From positions 7,396 to 71,395 of the forward strand of contig CAZAGK010000005.1 of NCBI GenBank assembly GCA_964484775.1: DNA of 64,000 nucleotides, written 5' to 3'. Each line of letters starts with the position of its first letter. The stretch's first letter is position 1. This stretch comes from an uncultured Gemmatimonas sp. Lineage in GTDB: Bacteria > Gemmatimonadota > Gemmatimonadetes > Gemmatimonadales > Gemmatimonadaceae. This document shows, piece by piece, positions 38,978 to 49,002 of this stretch. The position numbers were made by a program, and so were the translations under genes. The notes under the pieces were generated by a model. It did no database searches and was not told the origin of the DNA. It saw nothing but the letters and a program-made list of their open reading frames with translations.

Positions 38978-41524
38978 TCACTTCTTGGGGTCGAGGATCT
39001 CCTTCACGCGGTCCGCGATGTCCGCCCAGTGCGCACGCTCGACCGCGCCCTTGGCCGACGCCGCCGCGGCCGTCGTCTCACGCTGCAACTCCCGCAGTTG
39101 CGCGCGGGCGAGCGCGGGAACGTCGCTCCGTTCCACATTCTGCGCCGTGACGAAGGGGAACACCCGCTGCTGCTGCGCGGCCCCGCCTCCGCCCGGTGGC
39201 GCCGTCGGCGCGGCCGGCGGATTCACCAGCGCGCCGAGTCGCTGCACATAGACGCGCTGCAGCTGGCGACGGTTCTGATCCGGCGACGAGCCGGCGATCG
39301 TCCCCCACATCTCCTTCTTGATGTCGGCCATGAACTCCGCGAGCGGGTAAGCGTTGGCCGCGTCGTACTTCTCCTCTTCACTGAGACGCGCCAGTCGCGC
39401 GGCACTCAGGAGCGAGCTCACGACGGCCGCCTGTCGCGTGGCGAGCGTGTTCGACGGCCCGATGCGCGACGTGATCTCCTTGGGCTGGAGCCACTCCGGC
39501 GTCGTGAACACCGTCTGGCTCAGGAACGAGAGCGCGGCCTTCTGCTTGGCCTTCGGCACCACCGTGTAGACGGCACCCGACATCTCCGCCGTCTTGAGAT
39601 CGACGTTCACGCCGCCGACCACCGTCGCGACGTGCCCCATCATCCCGAAGAAGCGACCGAGCGATTCCGTGTAGAGCTCCTCGAGATCGGTGTAGTCCTC
39701 TCCCGCGGTCGCCGTCCACTTGGGCAGCTGCGGGATCATGCGCTTGTAGTTCGCCACGCCGTACGCGGTCGCCTTGACCGGATCGTCGCCGAGGTCCTCA
39801 GTCTGGTTGCGCGGGTCGGCGCCGCCGATCCCCTGCGAGACGTAGCGATACGGGAACGGACCCGTCTGGTTCGTCAGCCAGCGGTTCAGCGTGGGCTTCT
39901 CGGCGTCGGCGGTCCGCGCGTCGGGGATCATGCGGTAGCCCCAGTTGATCGCGAAGTCGTCGAAGGGTCCGAGGCGGCGGATGAAATCCACCGTCTTGAG
40001 CCCGTCGCCCGGCTGCGCCACGTAGTTCTGGCGCGCGTAGTCCATGATCGTCGCGCTCACACCGTACTTGCTCGTGAAGCTCGGGCTGCGGAGCGAATCC
40101 ACCGGGAACGAGCTCGACGCCATCATGTTGTGCTGGAGGCCGAGGGCGTGTCCGATCTCGTGGGTGATCACCTGCCGCATCGTCTCCCCCATCAGTTCGT
40201 CGGGGATGTCGAGCGAGCGGGCGGCGGGATTCGCGGCGCCGGTCTCCATCATCAACCAGTTGCGGTACGACCGCATGTGGTTGTGATACCAGGTGATCTC
40301 GGAGTTGATGATCTCGCCGGAGCGCGGATCGTGCGTGTGCGGCCCGGTGGCGTTGCGCACGAGGCTCGCGGCCCAGCGCACCATCGAGACGCGGGCATCA
40401 TCCGGATCCCAGTCGGGGTCCTGCGCCTTGGTCGGTGCTTCCTTGGCGAGGATCGCGTTCTTGAAGCCCGCCTTCTCGAACACCTTCTGCCAGTTCTCCA
40501 CCCCTTCCTTCACATAGCGCTTCCAGCGCGTCGGCGTCGCCGGGTCGATGTAATAGACGATCGGCTTGACCGGCTCCACGAGCTCGCCACGAGCGTAGGC
40601 GGCGGGATCCTTGGGCTCGAGGCGCCAGCGGGTGATGAACTCCTGTTCGCCGGCCTTCTGCACGTCGAGTCCGTAGTTCACGCGCCGCACGGTGAAGAAG
40701 CCCACACGGTCGTCGGCGTTGCGCGGCTTCATCGGCTGCTTCGGGAGCAGCACGATCGACTGGCGCATCTCGAGCGAGAGCGTGCTCGATCCGCGGTCCC
40801 CCGGCGGGTCCGACGCGTCGAAGGTCTGCGTGTGCCGCACCTCGATGTTGATCGGGAAGCTGCGCACGCTCGTCACGTAGCTGCGCGCCGCGTCGAAGCG
40901 GCGGACGCCGTACGTGCGGCGCTCGGCGGCGCTGACGCCGGAGAGCGCCGGCGTGTCGCCACCGAAGAAGTCGGTCACATCGACCACATAGGCGTTGCTG
41001 TCCTTGGCGAACGCCTGGATCGGGAAGCTGGCGAGGATGGGGGCGTAGTTGTTCTGCGCCACGCTGCGCGCGATCGGCAGCGAGTCGTCCGCGACCACCC
41101 CCGCGCTGATGCTCTTGAGCATCACCTTGTCCGCCACGCGCTCCCAGCGGACCATGCGCTCGCTCAGCGAACTGCCGGCGGACTGGAAGCCACCTGCTCC
41201 GGCCGGCACTCCGGCGATGCGGCTCACCATCAGGAAGTCGCGCCCCATGAGGGAGTCCGGCACCTCGAAGAGGTACCGATCATCCACCTTGTGGACGGTG
41301 ATCCCTCCACGCTCGCTGTGGGCGCGCGACGGGACCACGGTGGCATACGGACGCGGCCCCGTGCGCGCGGCACCACCCTGACGTCCGCCCTCGGCGGCAC
41401 CGGCGGGGGCGCCTCCCTGCGTGGCGGGTGCGGCAGCGGGCGGAGCCGCCGGGGGCTGTTGGGCAGAGGCTGGCGACGCCGCGAGCACCACGGCGAGCAG
41501 ACCAGCGACGGAGCGAGCGTACAT
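38978..41524 (-). CDS. Large secreted zinc-dependent metalloprotease (HEIGHALGLQHN; DUF5117/DUF4953-type)
   Basis: ATG 41524 (MYARSVAGLLAVVLAASPASAQQ). Zincin motif VITHEIGHALGLQHN. About 850 aa. Confidence 0.85.
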   Translation of the reverse strand: MYARSVAGLLAVVLAASPASAQQPPAAPPAAAPATQGGAPAGAAEGGRQGGAARTGPRPYATVVPSRAHSERGGITVHKVDDRYLFEVPDSLMGRDFLMVSRIAGVPAGAGGFQSAGSSLSERMVRWERVADKVMLKSISAGVVADDSLPIARSVAQNNYAPILASFPIQAFAKDSNAYVVDVTDFFGGDTPALSGVSAAERRTYGVRRFDAARSYVTSVRSFPINIEVRHTQTFDASDPPGDRGSSTLSLEMRQSIVLLPKQPMKPRNADDRVGFFTVRRVNYGLDVQKAGEQEFITRWRLEPKDPAAYARGELVEPVKPIVYYIDPATPTRWKRYVKEGVENWQKVFEKAGFKNAILAKEAPTKAQDPDWDPDDARVSMVRWAASLVRNATGPHTHDPRSGEIINSEITWYHNHMRSYRNWLMMETGAANPAARSLDIPDELMGETMRQVITHEIGHALGLQHNMMASSSFPVDSLRSPSFTSKYGVSATIMDYARQNYVAQPGDGLKTVDFIRRLGPFDDFAINWGYRMIPDARTADAEKPTLNRWLTNQTGPFPYRYVSQGIGGADPRNQTEDLGDDPVKATAYGVANYKRMIPQLPKWTATAGEDYTDLEELYTESLGRFFGMMGHVATVVGGVNVDLKTAEMSGAVYTVVPKAKQKAALSFLSQTVFTTPEWLQPKEITSRIGPSNTLATRQAAVVSSLLSAARLARLSEEEKYDAANAYPLAEFMADIKKEMWGTIAGSSPDQNRRQLQRVYVQRLGALVNPPAAPTAPPGGGGAAQQQRVFPFVTAQNVERSDVPALARAQLRELQRETTAAAASAKGAVERAHWADIADRVKEILDPKK

Positions 41525-41711
41525 CGGAACTCCGGGAAAAGGGGATGCGCGAGAAGCTAGGGCACGCCCGGAACCCTCACAAGCGGAGCGTGACGGTGGC
41601 GTTGGCAACCCTTTGGGCCGCGCCGCTGTCTGATCTGGTGAACGCCGCTGCGACCCACCCCACCGCAGAGCATCGCCCAGGTCGCGTCACAATCCTCTTC
41701 GGGGTGGACCC

Positions 41712-42233
41712 ATGATCGTCACTCGCACTCGTCTCGCCGCCGCGGTCGCCGCGGCCGCCGTCGCCGCCGCTCCGGCCGCGCTCAGCGCGCAGCAGCACCT
41801 GTACCCGTCCTTCGCCCTCCCGCGCCTCGCGCCGACCATCGCGCTGACGGCCCGCGAGAGCGGTCCTGCGGACCAGCTCGCCGTCGAAGGGCGCTTCCGC
41901 GAGGCCGCGAAGCTCTATCGCCAGACGGCCGACTCGCACGTCGCCAAGGGGGAATACGCACGCGAGGAACTGCTCGGCCTCGCCGCGGCGCACTTCGCGC
42001 TGAACGACCTCCGTGCGACGGCGCGCACCCTCGACGAGCTCGCCGAACAGGCCGCCGCCTACGGTGACCCGGAGACCCGGCTCACCTCGCTCTTCCAGGC
42101 GGCCCTGCTCCACCAGCAGCTGCACGCCAAGACCGAGGTGGCGGAGCATGTCGCGAAGATCCGTCCGCTCCTCAAGTCGCCGGTCATCCCGGCCTCGGTC
42201 CGTCAGGAGATCGGCGCCCGGATCGACGGCTGA
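41712..42233 (+). CDS. Small exported helical protein (TPR-like?), unknown function
   Basis: Signal-like MIVTRTRLAAAVAAAAVAAAPAALSAQ, followed by an Ala/Leu-rich helical sequence. Confidence 0.5.
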   Translation: MIVTRTRLAAAVAAAAVAAAPAALSAQQHLYPSFALPRLAPTIALTARESGPADQLAVEGRFREAAKLYRQTADSHVAKGEYAREELLGLAAAHFALNDLRATARTLDELAEQAAAYGDPETRLTSLFQAALLHQQLHAKTEVAEHVAKIRPLLKSPVIPASVRQEIGARIDG

Positions 42234-42242
42234 ACCCAGCCC

Positions 42243-44585
42243 TCAACGCGGAGGATCGGCGGCGCGGAAGGCGATGGTGAACAGCGTCCCGCGACGGAGC
42301 TCGCTCTGCACCGTGAGCGCGCCGCCGAGCCCCTTCACGATCCCCAGAACGGCTGACAACCCAAGTCCACGGCCCGTGGACTTGGTGGTGAAGAACGGCT
42401 CGAAGATCCGCTGACGGGTGGCTTCGTCCATCCCGCGCCCATTGTCCTGCACCGAGAGGACCACGAACGGCCCGGGTCCCGGCGGATCGCCCATCCACGC
42501 CTCGGCGAGTTTGGGCGAGAGTGCGGGGATCCGGGTCGTCGTCACGGCGATCAGCCCGTTCGAGTCGGCGATCGCATCGCCGGCATTGATGAACAGATTC
42601 AGCACGACCTGCGTGAGCTGCGCCGAATCCCCGCTCAACCAGAGCGGCCCCTCGGCGAGATGCAGGTCGAACTGGATCTTCTTGGACATCGACATCCGCG
42701 CGAGCTTCTCGAGCTCTCGCACCCGATCGTTCAGATCGATCGCCTCGTGCTTCGACACGCCGCGCCCGGCATAGGTCAGCATCTGGCGCGTGAGGTCCGC
42801 CGCGCGACGCGAGGCGGTCTGGATATGCTCCAGCGACTCCTTCACTTCCTGCGGATCGTCGAGCGCCGAGAGTGCGACCGCCGTGTTGCTGCTGATGGCG
42901 CTCAGGATGTTGTTGAAGTCGTGCGCGATGCCGCCGGCCATGACGCCGAGGCTCTCGAGCTTCTGCGCGTGCTGCACGTTCGCCTCGAACTCACGGCGTT
43001 CGTCCTCCGCCCGCTTGCGGTCCGTCACGTCGGTGGCGATCACCCCGACCGCCGTGGTGAGTCCGCGCGGATCACGCACGGGGAAGCAGGCGGCGAGGAA
43101 GCTGCGGGTCCCTTCCGTGGTCTCCATCGTCCATTCGCGATCGATGACCTTCTGGGCGTCGATCACCGCCTGCGATGCTTCGCCCACGAGTGCGGCGGGC
43201 CCCGCGGGGAGCACTTCGAGGATCGGGCGCCCTTCACTGGACTCGCGTGACATCCCGAACAGCTCCTCGAAGCGGCGGTTCACGAGCACACAACGGCGGT
43301 CCAGATCCATCACCAGCACGATCGTCGCCGACGTGTCGATGATGCCGGTGACGAGCGCTTCGTTCTGCCGCAACGCATCGAGGGCGACCCGGGTCGCGTC
43401 GACCTGCCCCTGCAGGTCCCGATACAGCATCCGGAGGCGCGCCGTCATCTCGTTGAACGACACCGCGAGCATCCCGACCTCATCATCGGTGATCACCGGG
43501 GCCTGCACGTCGAAATCCCCTGCCGCGAGCCGCTTCGCGGCCTCGGCCGTCGTGAGGATCGGGCGGATCACGCGACGCGACACGGTCCGGGTCGCGTACG
43601 CCAGCATCAGCAATCCGCTCAGGAATATCCCCGATTGCAGGAAGAGCATCCGGCGGATCGCCGCGAACGCCTCGCGCTCGGGGAGTTCCACCATCAGCGC
43701 CACGTCGATGTCCGGCAGCCAGGCGTACGCCCCCATCACCGGACGCCCTTCGTAGTTGCGATACTCGCCGATCCCGCGACGGTCGGCGAGCGCCTGCGAG
43801 ATCCCGAAGCTCTGGATCCCGCGCCGGAACTCCGCCCGTCCGAAGCGGGCGGCCGAGACAAACTCACCGAACCGATTCACCAGGTAGAACTCGACCGGAT
43901 AGCCCGTCCCTCCCTGCGGCAGCATGTCCTCGAGCACCTGCAGGTCCAGATGCGCGGCCACGACGCCGATCGACCGGCCGTCCGGTCGACGCAGCGGGGC
44001 CGCCACGGTGAGCATCGGCCTGCCCGTGACCGGTGACGGATACATCTTCTGGATGTAGGAGGACCGCAATCCCTCGACGAAGTACGGATCGGTGACGCGA
44101 TACTCGCCGATGGTCGCGCTGTCGGTCGATGCGACCACCAGCCCTCCCTCGGCGGCGAGCACCTCGATCCGCGACGCGGCGAGTCCGCGCGCGATCGCCG
44201 TGTCGAGCAACGCGTGGAGGTCCCGATCGACGGGAGACCGCGTCCGGCTCCCCAGCGTCCGTCGGGCCGCGATCACCCGTTCGGCGTCGGCGACGACACT
44301 CGGCAGCCCGGCGATGAATCCCACGAAGTTCTGTTGCGACTTCACCCACTCGTGCACGTCGCTCTCGCGACGCGTACCGACCGAGCTGAGCCGATCGTAC
44401 ACGGTCTGCCGCACCGTGCGTGCCGCCTGCAGATAGGCGACCGTCTCCGTGCCGATCGCCACGACGAGCGAGACCGCGAGAAACGACACCGCCACACGGA
44501 TCTCGAGACTGCTCCGTACACGAGCGCGGAGCTGCTGGATCCGCTGCGCGAGCGAACTCACCGGCGCACCAGGCACACCGGTCAC
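42243..44585 (-). CDS. Sensor histidine kinase (TM - Cache-like periplasmic domain - TM - HAMP - PAS - HisKA - HATPase)
   Basis: GTG 44585 overlaps the stop of the upstream binding protein (GTGA). HAMP AAGDFDVQAPVITDDEVGMLAVSFNEM, H-box GGIAHDFNNILSAI, N-box LNLFINAGDA, G-boxes DNGRGMD and GRGLGLS. No receiver domain. Confidence 0.85.
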   Translation of the reverse strand: MTGVPGAPVSSLAQRIQQLRARVRSSLEIRVAVSFLAVSLVVAIGTETVAYLQAARTVRQTVYDRLSSVGTRRESDVHEWVKSQQNFVGFIAGLPSVVADAERVIAARRTLGSRTRSPVDRDLHALLDTAIARGLAASRIEVLAAEGGLVVASTDSATIGEYRVTDPYFVEGLRSSYIQKMYPSPVTGRPMLTVAAPLRRPDGRSIGVVAAHLDLQVLEDMLPQGGTGYPVEFYLVNRFGEFVSAARFGRAEFRRGIQSFGISQALADRRGIGEYRNYEGRPVMGAYAWLPDIDVALMVELPEREAFAAIRRMLFLQSGIFLSGLLMLAYATRTVSRRVIRPILTTAEAAKRLAAGDFDVQAPVITDDEVGMLAVSFNEMTARLRMLYRDLQGQVDATRVALDALRQNEALVTGIIDTSATIVLVMDLDRRCVLVNRRFEELFGMSRESSEGRPILEVLPAGPAALVGEASQAVIDAQKVIDREWTMETTEGTRSFLAACFPVRDPRGLTTAVGVIATDVTDRKRAEDERREFEANVQHAQKLESLGVMAGGIAHDFNNILSAISSNTAVALSALDDPQEVKESLEHIQTASRRAADLTRQMLTYAGRGVSKHEAIDLNDRVRELEKLARMSMSKKIQFDLHLAEGPLWLSGDSAQLTQVVLNLFINAGDAIADSNGLIAVTTTRIPALSPKLAEAWMGDPPGPGPFVVLSVQDNGRGMDEATRQRIFEPFFTTKSTGRGLGLSAVLGIVKGLGGALTVQSELRRGTLFTIAFRAADPPR

Positions 44586-45742
44586 GGCTTCGCGGGATCC
44601 ACGACGCGGATGATCTCGTCCCGCTCGGCGCCGATGCGGGCGAGGACGCCGCTCCGGCGCGGGTCACCGTTGCCGGAGTAGCTGATCGTCCCGGTGACTC
44701 CCTCGAATCCGGCCGTGCCGGCGATCGCCTTGGCCACCGCGGTCCCGTCGAGCGTTCCCGCGCGCGACGCCGCGATCGCGAAGAGCGATACCGCGTCGTA
44801 CGTCATGGCCGCCGTCGAGCGCGGTTCGGCGCGGAACTTGTCCATGTAGCGGGCGGTGAAGGCGAGCGTGGAGGGGCGGTCGAGCTCGGGATGCCACTGC
44901 CGCGTGTACACCGCGCCGCGCGACTCGGGGATATGCCGCAGGCCCGGCGGGTCCCAGATGTCCGTGGCGAGGAAGACGGCCCGGATCCCCAACGCGCGCG
45001 CCTGACGCACCTGGAAGGAGTCCACGGCGGAGGAGTTCGGCAGGAGCAGCACCTCCGGATCCGTCGCCGCGATCGCCCGCAGTTGGCGCCGGAAGTCGAC
45101 CTTCTGATCGCTGGTGAAGGTCTCGCTCGCGACCATCCGTCCGCCCGCTGCGGCGAAGGTCTTGGAGAAGAGCTCCGAGATGTCGCGCCCATAAGCGGTC
45201 GCCACATCGTACAGCACGGCCGCGCGCGTGGCCTTCAGATCCTCGCGCGCGTAGGTCGCGAGCATCTGCCCCATGAAGGGGTCCAGATATGCGAGGCGGA
45301 ACACGTAGCTTCGCCCGGCGGTGACCGCCGGGTTCGACGCCATCGGTGCGATCAGCGGCACGTGCGCGTCCTCCGCGACCCCTCCGGCGCTGATCGCGTG
45401 CGCCGAGAACTGCGGACCGATCACGACATCGACACTATCGAGGTTGATCAGGGCTCGAGCCGCCGTCGCGGCAGCGTCGGGACGCGCGTCGTAGTCCCGC
45501 ACGACCAGCTGCAGCTGTCGCGCTCGACCGTTCACCATCACGCCGCCGCGCCCGTTGATGTCCGCGACCGCCAGCTCGGCCCCCTGCTTCGACGGGATCC
45601 CCGACGCCGACGCCATATCGCCGCTGAGCAGGGCGAGCAGTCCGATCCGGATGGGTCGGTTCGAATCGGTGCGGCAACCGGCGGATGCCGCGAGGAGCAG
45701 GAGCGCGACGCTGGTGACCGTCGCGGTACGGATACGACGCAT
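44582..45742 (-). CDS. Periplasmic solute-binding lipoprotein (type 1 PBP, Leu/Ile/Val-binding-like)
   Basis: ATG 45742. Lipobox-like LLLLAASAGC. IRIGLLALLSGDMASASG..KQGAELAVADINGRGG is typical of LivJ/K-like (Peripla_BP_6) proteins. Confidence 0.8.
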   Translation of the reverse strand: MRRIRTATVTSVALLLLAASAGCRTDSNRPIRIGLLALLSGDMASASGIPSKQGAELAVADINGRGGVMVNGRARQLQLVVRDYDARPDAAATAARALINLDSVDVVIGPQFSAHAISAGGVAEDAHVPLIAPMASNPAVTAGRSYVFRLAYLDPFMGQMLATYAREDLKATRAAVLYDVATAYGRDISELFSKTFAAAGGRMVASETFTSDQKVDFRRQLRAIAATDPEVLLLPNSSAVDSFQVRQARALGIRAVFLATDIWDPPGLRHIPESRGAVYTRQWHPELDRPSTLAFTARYMDKFRAEPRSTAAMTYDAVSLFAIAASRAGTLDGTAVAKAIAGTAGFEGVTGTISYSGNGDPRRSGVLARIGAERDEIIRVVDPAKP

Positions 45743-45870
45743 GACGACCCCCATGATCGAAGGGAGGTGGGGAATCTCGACGACGAGCCTCTCGTCAATC
45801 TTACGAAAAACCGGTCCGACGCACCGCTGGCAGGGCAAAATGCCCTATCACCACAGCGGTCCGGGCGCGG

Positions 45871-46395
45871 TCAGGGCGTGACCGGGGCCCGGTAGAGGGT
45901 GATCGTCGTGTCGTCGAAGCTCTGCACTTGGTTTCCCTTGGGAATCACATGGGTGCGGGCGTGCTCGGCCACGAGGATGCGGGCGAAGGGCTTGGCGATC
46001 CAGCTCGCGATCACGCGGTCGAGCATCTTGGACTCGTACGGCGGGTCCACGAACGCGATGTCGTACGAATTGGCCGGCAGGGCCTCGGCGAAGGGGAGCG
46101 CGTCACGCTTGAAGACGCGCGTCTTGTCGGCCATCCGCAGCAGCCCGATGTTGGCCTTGAGGGCGTGCAACGACGAGGGGCGGGTCTCCACGAAGTCCGC
46201 CGCCTTGGCCCCGCGACTCATGGCCTCCAGCCCCAGCGCACCCGTGCCGGCGAAGAGGTCGAGCACACGCGCGTCCTTGCAGTCGCCGATCATGTGCATG
46301 ATCCCCGCGCGCACGTGCTCGGCCGTCGGCCGCACCCGGAAGTCCTTGGGTGAGGTCAGATCGCGTCCTGCGTGCTTTCCGCCGATGATCCTCAT
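45871..46395 (-). CDS. rsmD: 16S rRNA (guanine966-N2)-methyltransferase
   Basis: MRIIGGKHAGR...RPT, SAM motif LDLFAGTGALGLEAMSRGA, and the DPPY motif (FVDPPYES). Confidence 0.85.
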   Translation of the reverse strand: MRIIGGKHAGRDLTSPKDFRVRPTAEHVRAGIMHMIGDCKDARVLDLFAGTGALGLEAMSRGAKAADFVETRPSSLHALKANIGLLRMADKTRVFKRDALPFAEALPANSYDIAFVDPPYESKMLDRVIASWIAKPFARILVAEHARTHVIPKGNQVQSFDDTTITLYRAPVTP

Positions 46396-46411
46396 GCTGC
46401 TCCTGAAACAC

Positions 46412-46443
46412 GAAGCGGATGCCGCTGTAGCGGCATCCGCTTC
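46412..46443 (-). terminator. Terminator hairpin downstream of nrdJ
   Basis: GAAGCGGATGCCGC (46412-46425), TGTA loop, GCGGCATCCGCTTC (46430-46443). A perfect 14-bp stem, 34 nt after the nrdJ stop. Confidence 0.55.
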
Positions 46444-46476
46444 TGCTGGGACGATGTCGCGTTCAACCGGCGCGGC

Positions 46477-49002
46477 TCAGCCGCACTCGCTGAACCCGCA
46501 GACGTGGCACTTCACGCACCCTTCGGCGAACTCGAGCTGCGAGCCGCAATCCGGGCAGGTGCCGATGAAGGCCTCCCCGTTGTCAGCGCCGGAGGAGAAC
46601 ATGGCCACCTGCTCCATGCCGCCGGTGCTCGTGCGCATGACCGCTTCCACCGGACGCTGCGAGCCGTTCGGGGTGTGGGTCGGCACGTTGTTCTGCGCGG
46701 TGAGGAGTTCCTGCTGGACGCCCTGCTTCATGCGCATCCAGTCTTCGAGCGCGAGGCCGATCGCGTCCGGCACCGACAGGACCTTGTTCGGTCCGAGGCC
46801 CACGGCCTTGTCGGAGCTGATGCCGCGGAGCTGGCGATGGATCTCGTTGAGCGGGATCCCCGAGCGGAGCGCGAGCGAGATCATGCGCCCCATCGCTTCG
46901 GCGTCGGCCATGGCGGAGCCGCCGGCCTTGCCGAGGTTGATGAAGACCTCGAACGGCTGTCCCTTGTCGTCCTCGGTGATGTGCGCGAACATCACGCCGA
47001 GCGGGGTGTCCTTCTTGATGCTGGTGGAGCGGAGCGGCGTGTCCGGACGGGCGCGCTTCTGACGGCGCTGGAGGTTCTCCGCCTCGGCGTCGAACAGCAG
47101 CTTCTTGAGGCGATCGTTCTCCGAGCGGATCTCGGCCATCTGGCCGTGCAGCTCGGCGATCTCGCGCTTGGACTCGGCGCTCGGCGCGGCCTCACCCTTG
47201 CGCTCCGCCTTGGCCGTCTCGGTGGCACCGGTGCTGAGCACCTGGCCGTCACGCGAGCCGTCGCGATACACGGTGACGCCCTTGCAGTTCATCTTCCACG
47301 CGAGCGTGTAGATGTCGCGGACGTCTTCCTTGGTCGCGGTGTGGGCGAAGTTCGTGGTCTTGGAGATGGCCGAGTCGCAGTGCTCCTGGAAGGCCGCCTG
47401 CATCTTCACGTGCCATTCCGGTGCGATCAGGTTGGCGGTGACGAAGACCTTCTGCCACTTGGCCGGGACTTCCGGGTGCACGACCGTGCCGGTCTTGGCG
47501 ATGCGCTCCATGAGCGCCTCGCTGTACCACCCTTCGTTCTTGGCGATGGCGACGAAGTCCTCGTTCACATCCGGCATCATGACGCCGGCCTGGTTGCGCA
47601 TGAACGCGACCGCGAAGAGCGGCTCGAGTCCCGACGAGCAACCGGCGATGATGGAGATCGTGCCCGTCGGCGCGACGGTGGTGACGTTGCAGTTGCGCAG
47701 CATCTGCATCGGACGGATCCGGCCGCCCGAGGCATCACGCGCACAGGTGGCGTCGGGGCCCCAGATGCTCTGCGCCCACTCCGGGAAGGCGCCGCGCTCC
47801 TTGGCCAACCGCTCGCTCTCCTTCTTCCCTTCGACGTCGAGGAACTCCATCACGCGCTTGCCGAACGCCACCCCTTCCGGCGTGTCGTAGGCGATCCCGA
47901 GACGGATCAGCGCGTCGGCGAAGCCCATGACGCCGAGCCCGATGCGACGGATGCGCTTGGACAGCGCGTCGATCTCCGGGAGCGGGTACTTGTTGACGTC
48001 GATGATGTTGTCGAGGAAGTGCGTGCTGCGATGGATGTCGGCGGCGAACGCCGTCCAGTTCATCTCCCCGTTCTCGACGTAGTAGCCGACGTTCACCGAC
48101 CCGAGGTTGCAGACGTCGTACGGGAGCAGGGGCTGCTCGCCGCACGGGTTCGTGGCCTCGTAGGCGCCGAGATGCGGCACCGGGTTGTAGCGGTTGGCTT
48201 CGTCGATGAAGAAGACCCCCGGCTCACCCGTGCGCCACGCGCCGGTGATCATCTTGTCCCACACATCCGACGCCTTGAGCTGCCCCGTCACCTTCTTGCT
48301 GACCGGGTCCACCAGGTCGTACTCGGCGTTCGCCTCGAGCGCCTTCATGAAGGCGTCGGTCACGCCGACCGAGATGTTGAAGTTCACGACCTTCGTGAGG
48401 TCTTCCTTGCACGCGATGAAATCCAGGATGTCCGGATGATCGACGCGGAGGATGCCCATGTTGGCGCCACGACGGGTGCCGCCCTGCTTCACGGCGTCCG
48501 TGCTGGCGTCATACAGATTCATGAAGCTGATCGGACCGCTCGCCACACCCGTGGTCGAACGCACCATCGAGCCCTTGGCGCGGATCCGGCTGAACGAGAA
48601 ACCGGTGCCGCCACCGCTCTGGTGGATGAGCGCCATCGAACGGAGCGTGTCATAGATCCCAGCATGCCCATTGGAAAGCGCGTCGTCGACGGGGAGCACG
48701 AAGCACGCCGACAGCTGCCCCAGCGGGCGGCCGGCATTCATCAGCGTCGGCGAGTTCGGCTCGAACCGGCGCTGCGTCATCAGCTCGTAGAACGTGTTCG
48801 CCGTCGCCTGGATCTCGGCGTCACTGTGCCCGTACCGGCGATCGGCCTCCGCCACCACCGTGGCCACACGCCAGAACATGTCCTCCGGCGTCTCCGTCGG
48901 CTTTCCCGACTTGTCCTTCACCAGGTACCGCTTCTCAAGGACCGTGCGAGCGTTCTGCGACAGCGTGGCGGGAGAAGCGGGCGGGGTGACGGGCAGAGGC
49001 AT
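46477..49002 (-). CDS. nrdJ: Class II (adenosylcobalamin-dependent) ribonucleotide reductase
   Basis: ATG 49002 (MPLPVTPP..LSQNARTVLEKRYL). SPTLMNAG, LSACFVL, TNPCGEQPLLPYDVCNLGS, NCNVTTVAPTGTISI. C-terminal zinc ribbon CPDCGSQLEFAEGCVKCHVCGFSEC. Confidence 0.9.
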   Translation of the reverse strand: MPLPVTPPASPATLSQNARTVLEKRYLVKDKSGKPTETPEDMFWRVATVVAEADRRYGHSDAEIQATANTFYELMTQRRFEPNSPTLMNAGRPLGQLSACFVLPVDDALSNGHAGIYDTLRSMALIHQSGGGTGFSFSRIRAKGSMVRSTTGVASGPISFMNLYDASTDAVKQGGTRRGANMGILRVDHPDILDFIACKEDLTKVVNFNISVGVTDAFMKALEANAEYDLVDPVSKKVTGQLKASDVWDKMITGAWRTGEPGVFFIDEANRYNPVPHLGAYEATNPCGEQPLLPYDVCNLGSVNVGYYVENGEMNWTAFAADIHRSTHFLDNIIDVNKYPLPEIDALSKRIRRIGLGVMGFADALIRLGIAYDTPEGVAFGKRVMEFLDVEGKKESERLAKERGAFPEWAQSIWGPDATCARDASGGRIRPMQMLRNCNVTTVAPTGTISIIAGCSSGLEPLFAVAFMRNQAGVMMPDVNEDFVAIAKNEGWYSEALMERIAKTGTVVHPEVPAKWQKVFVTANLIAPEWHVKMQAAFQEHCDSAISKTTNFAHTATKEDVRDIYTLAWKMNCKGVTVYRDGSRDGQVLSTGATETAKAERKGEAAPSAESKREIAELHGQMAEIRSENDRLKKLLFDAEAENLQRRQKRARPDTPLRSTSIKKDTPLGVMFAHITEDDKGQPFEVFINLGKAGGSAMADAEAMGRMISLALRSGIPLNEIHRQLRGISSDKAVGLGPNKVLSVPDAIGLALEDWMRMKQGVQQELLTAQNNVPTHTPNGSQRPVEAVMRTSTGGMEQVAMFSSGADNGEAFIGTCPDCGSQLEFAEGCVKCHVCGFSECG

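Noticed and set aside
47040-47230. A possible intein in NrdJ, since RNRs are frequent intein hosts.
   Set aside because: The insert is only about 60 aa, charged and helical. It lacks the Cys/Ser start, the His-Asn end and the endonuclease blocks.
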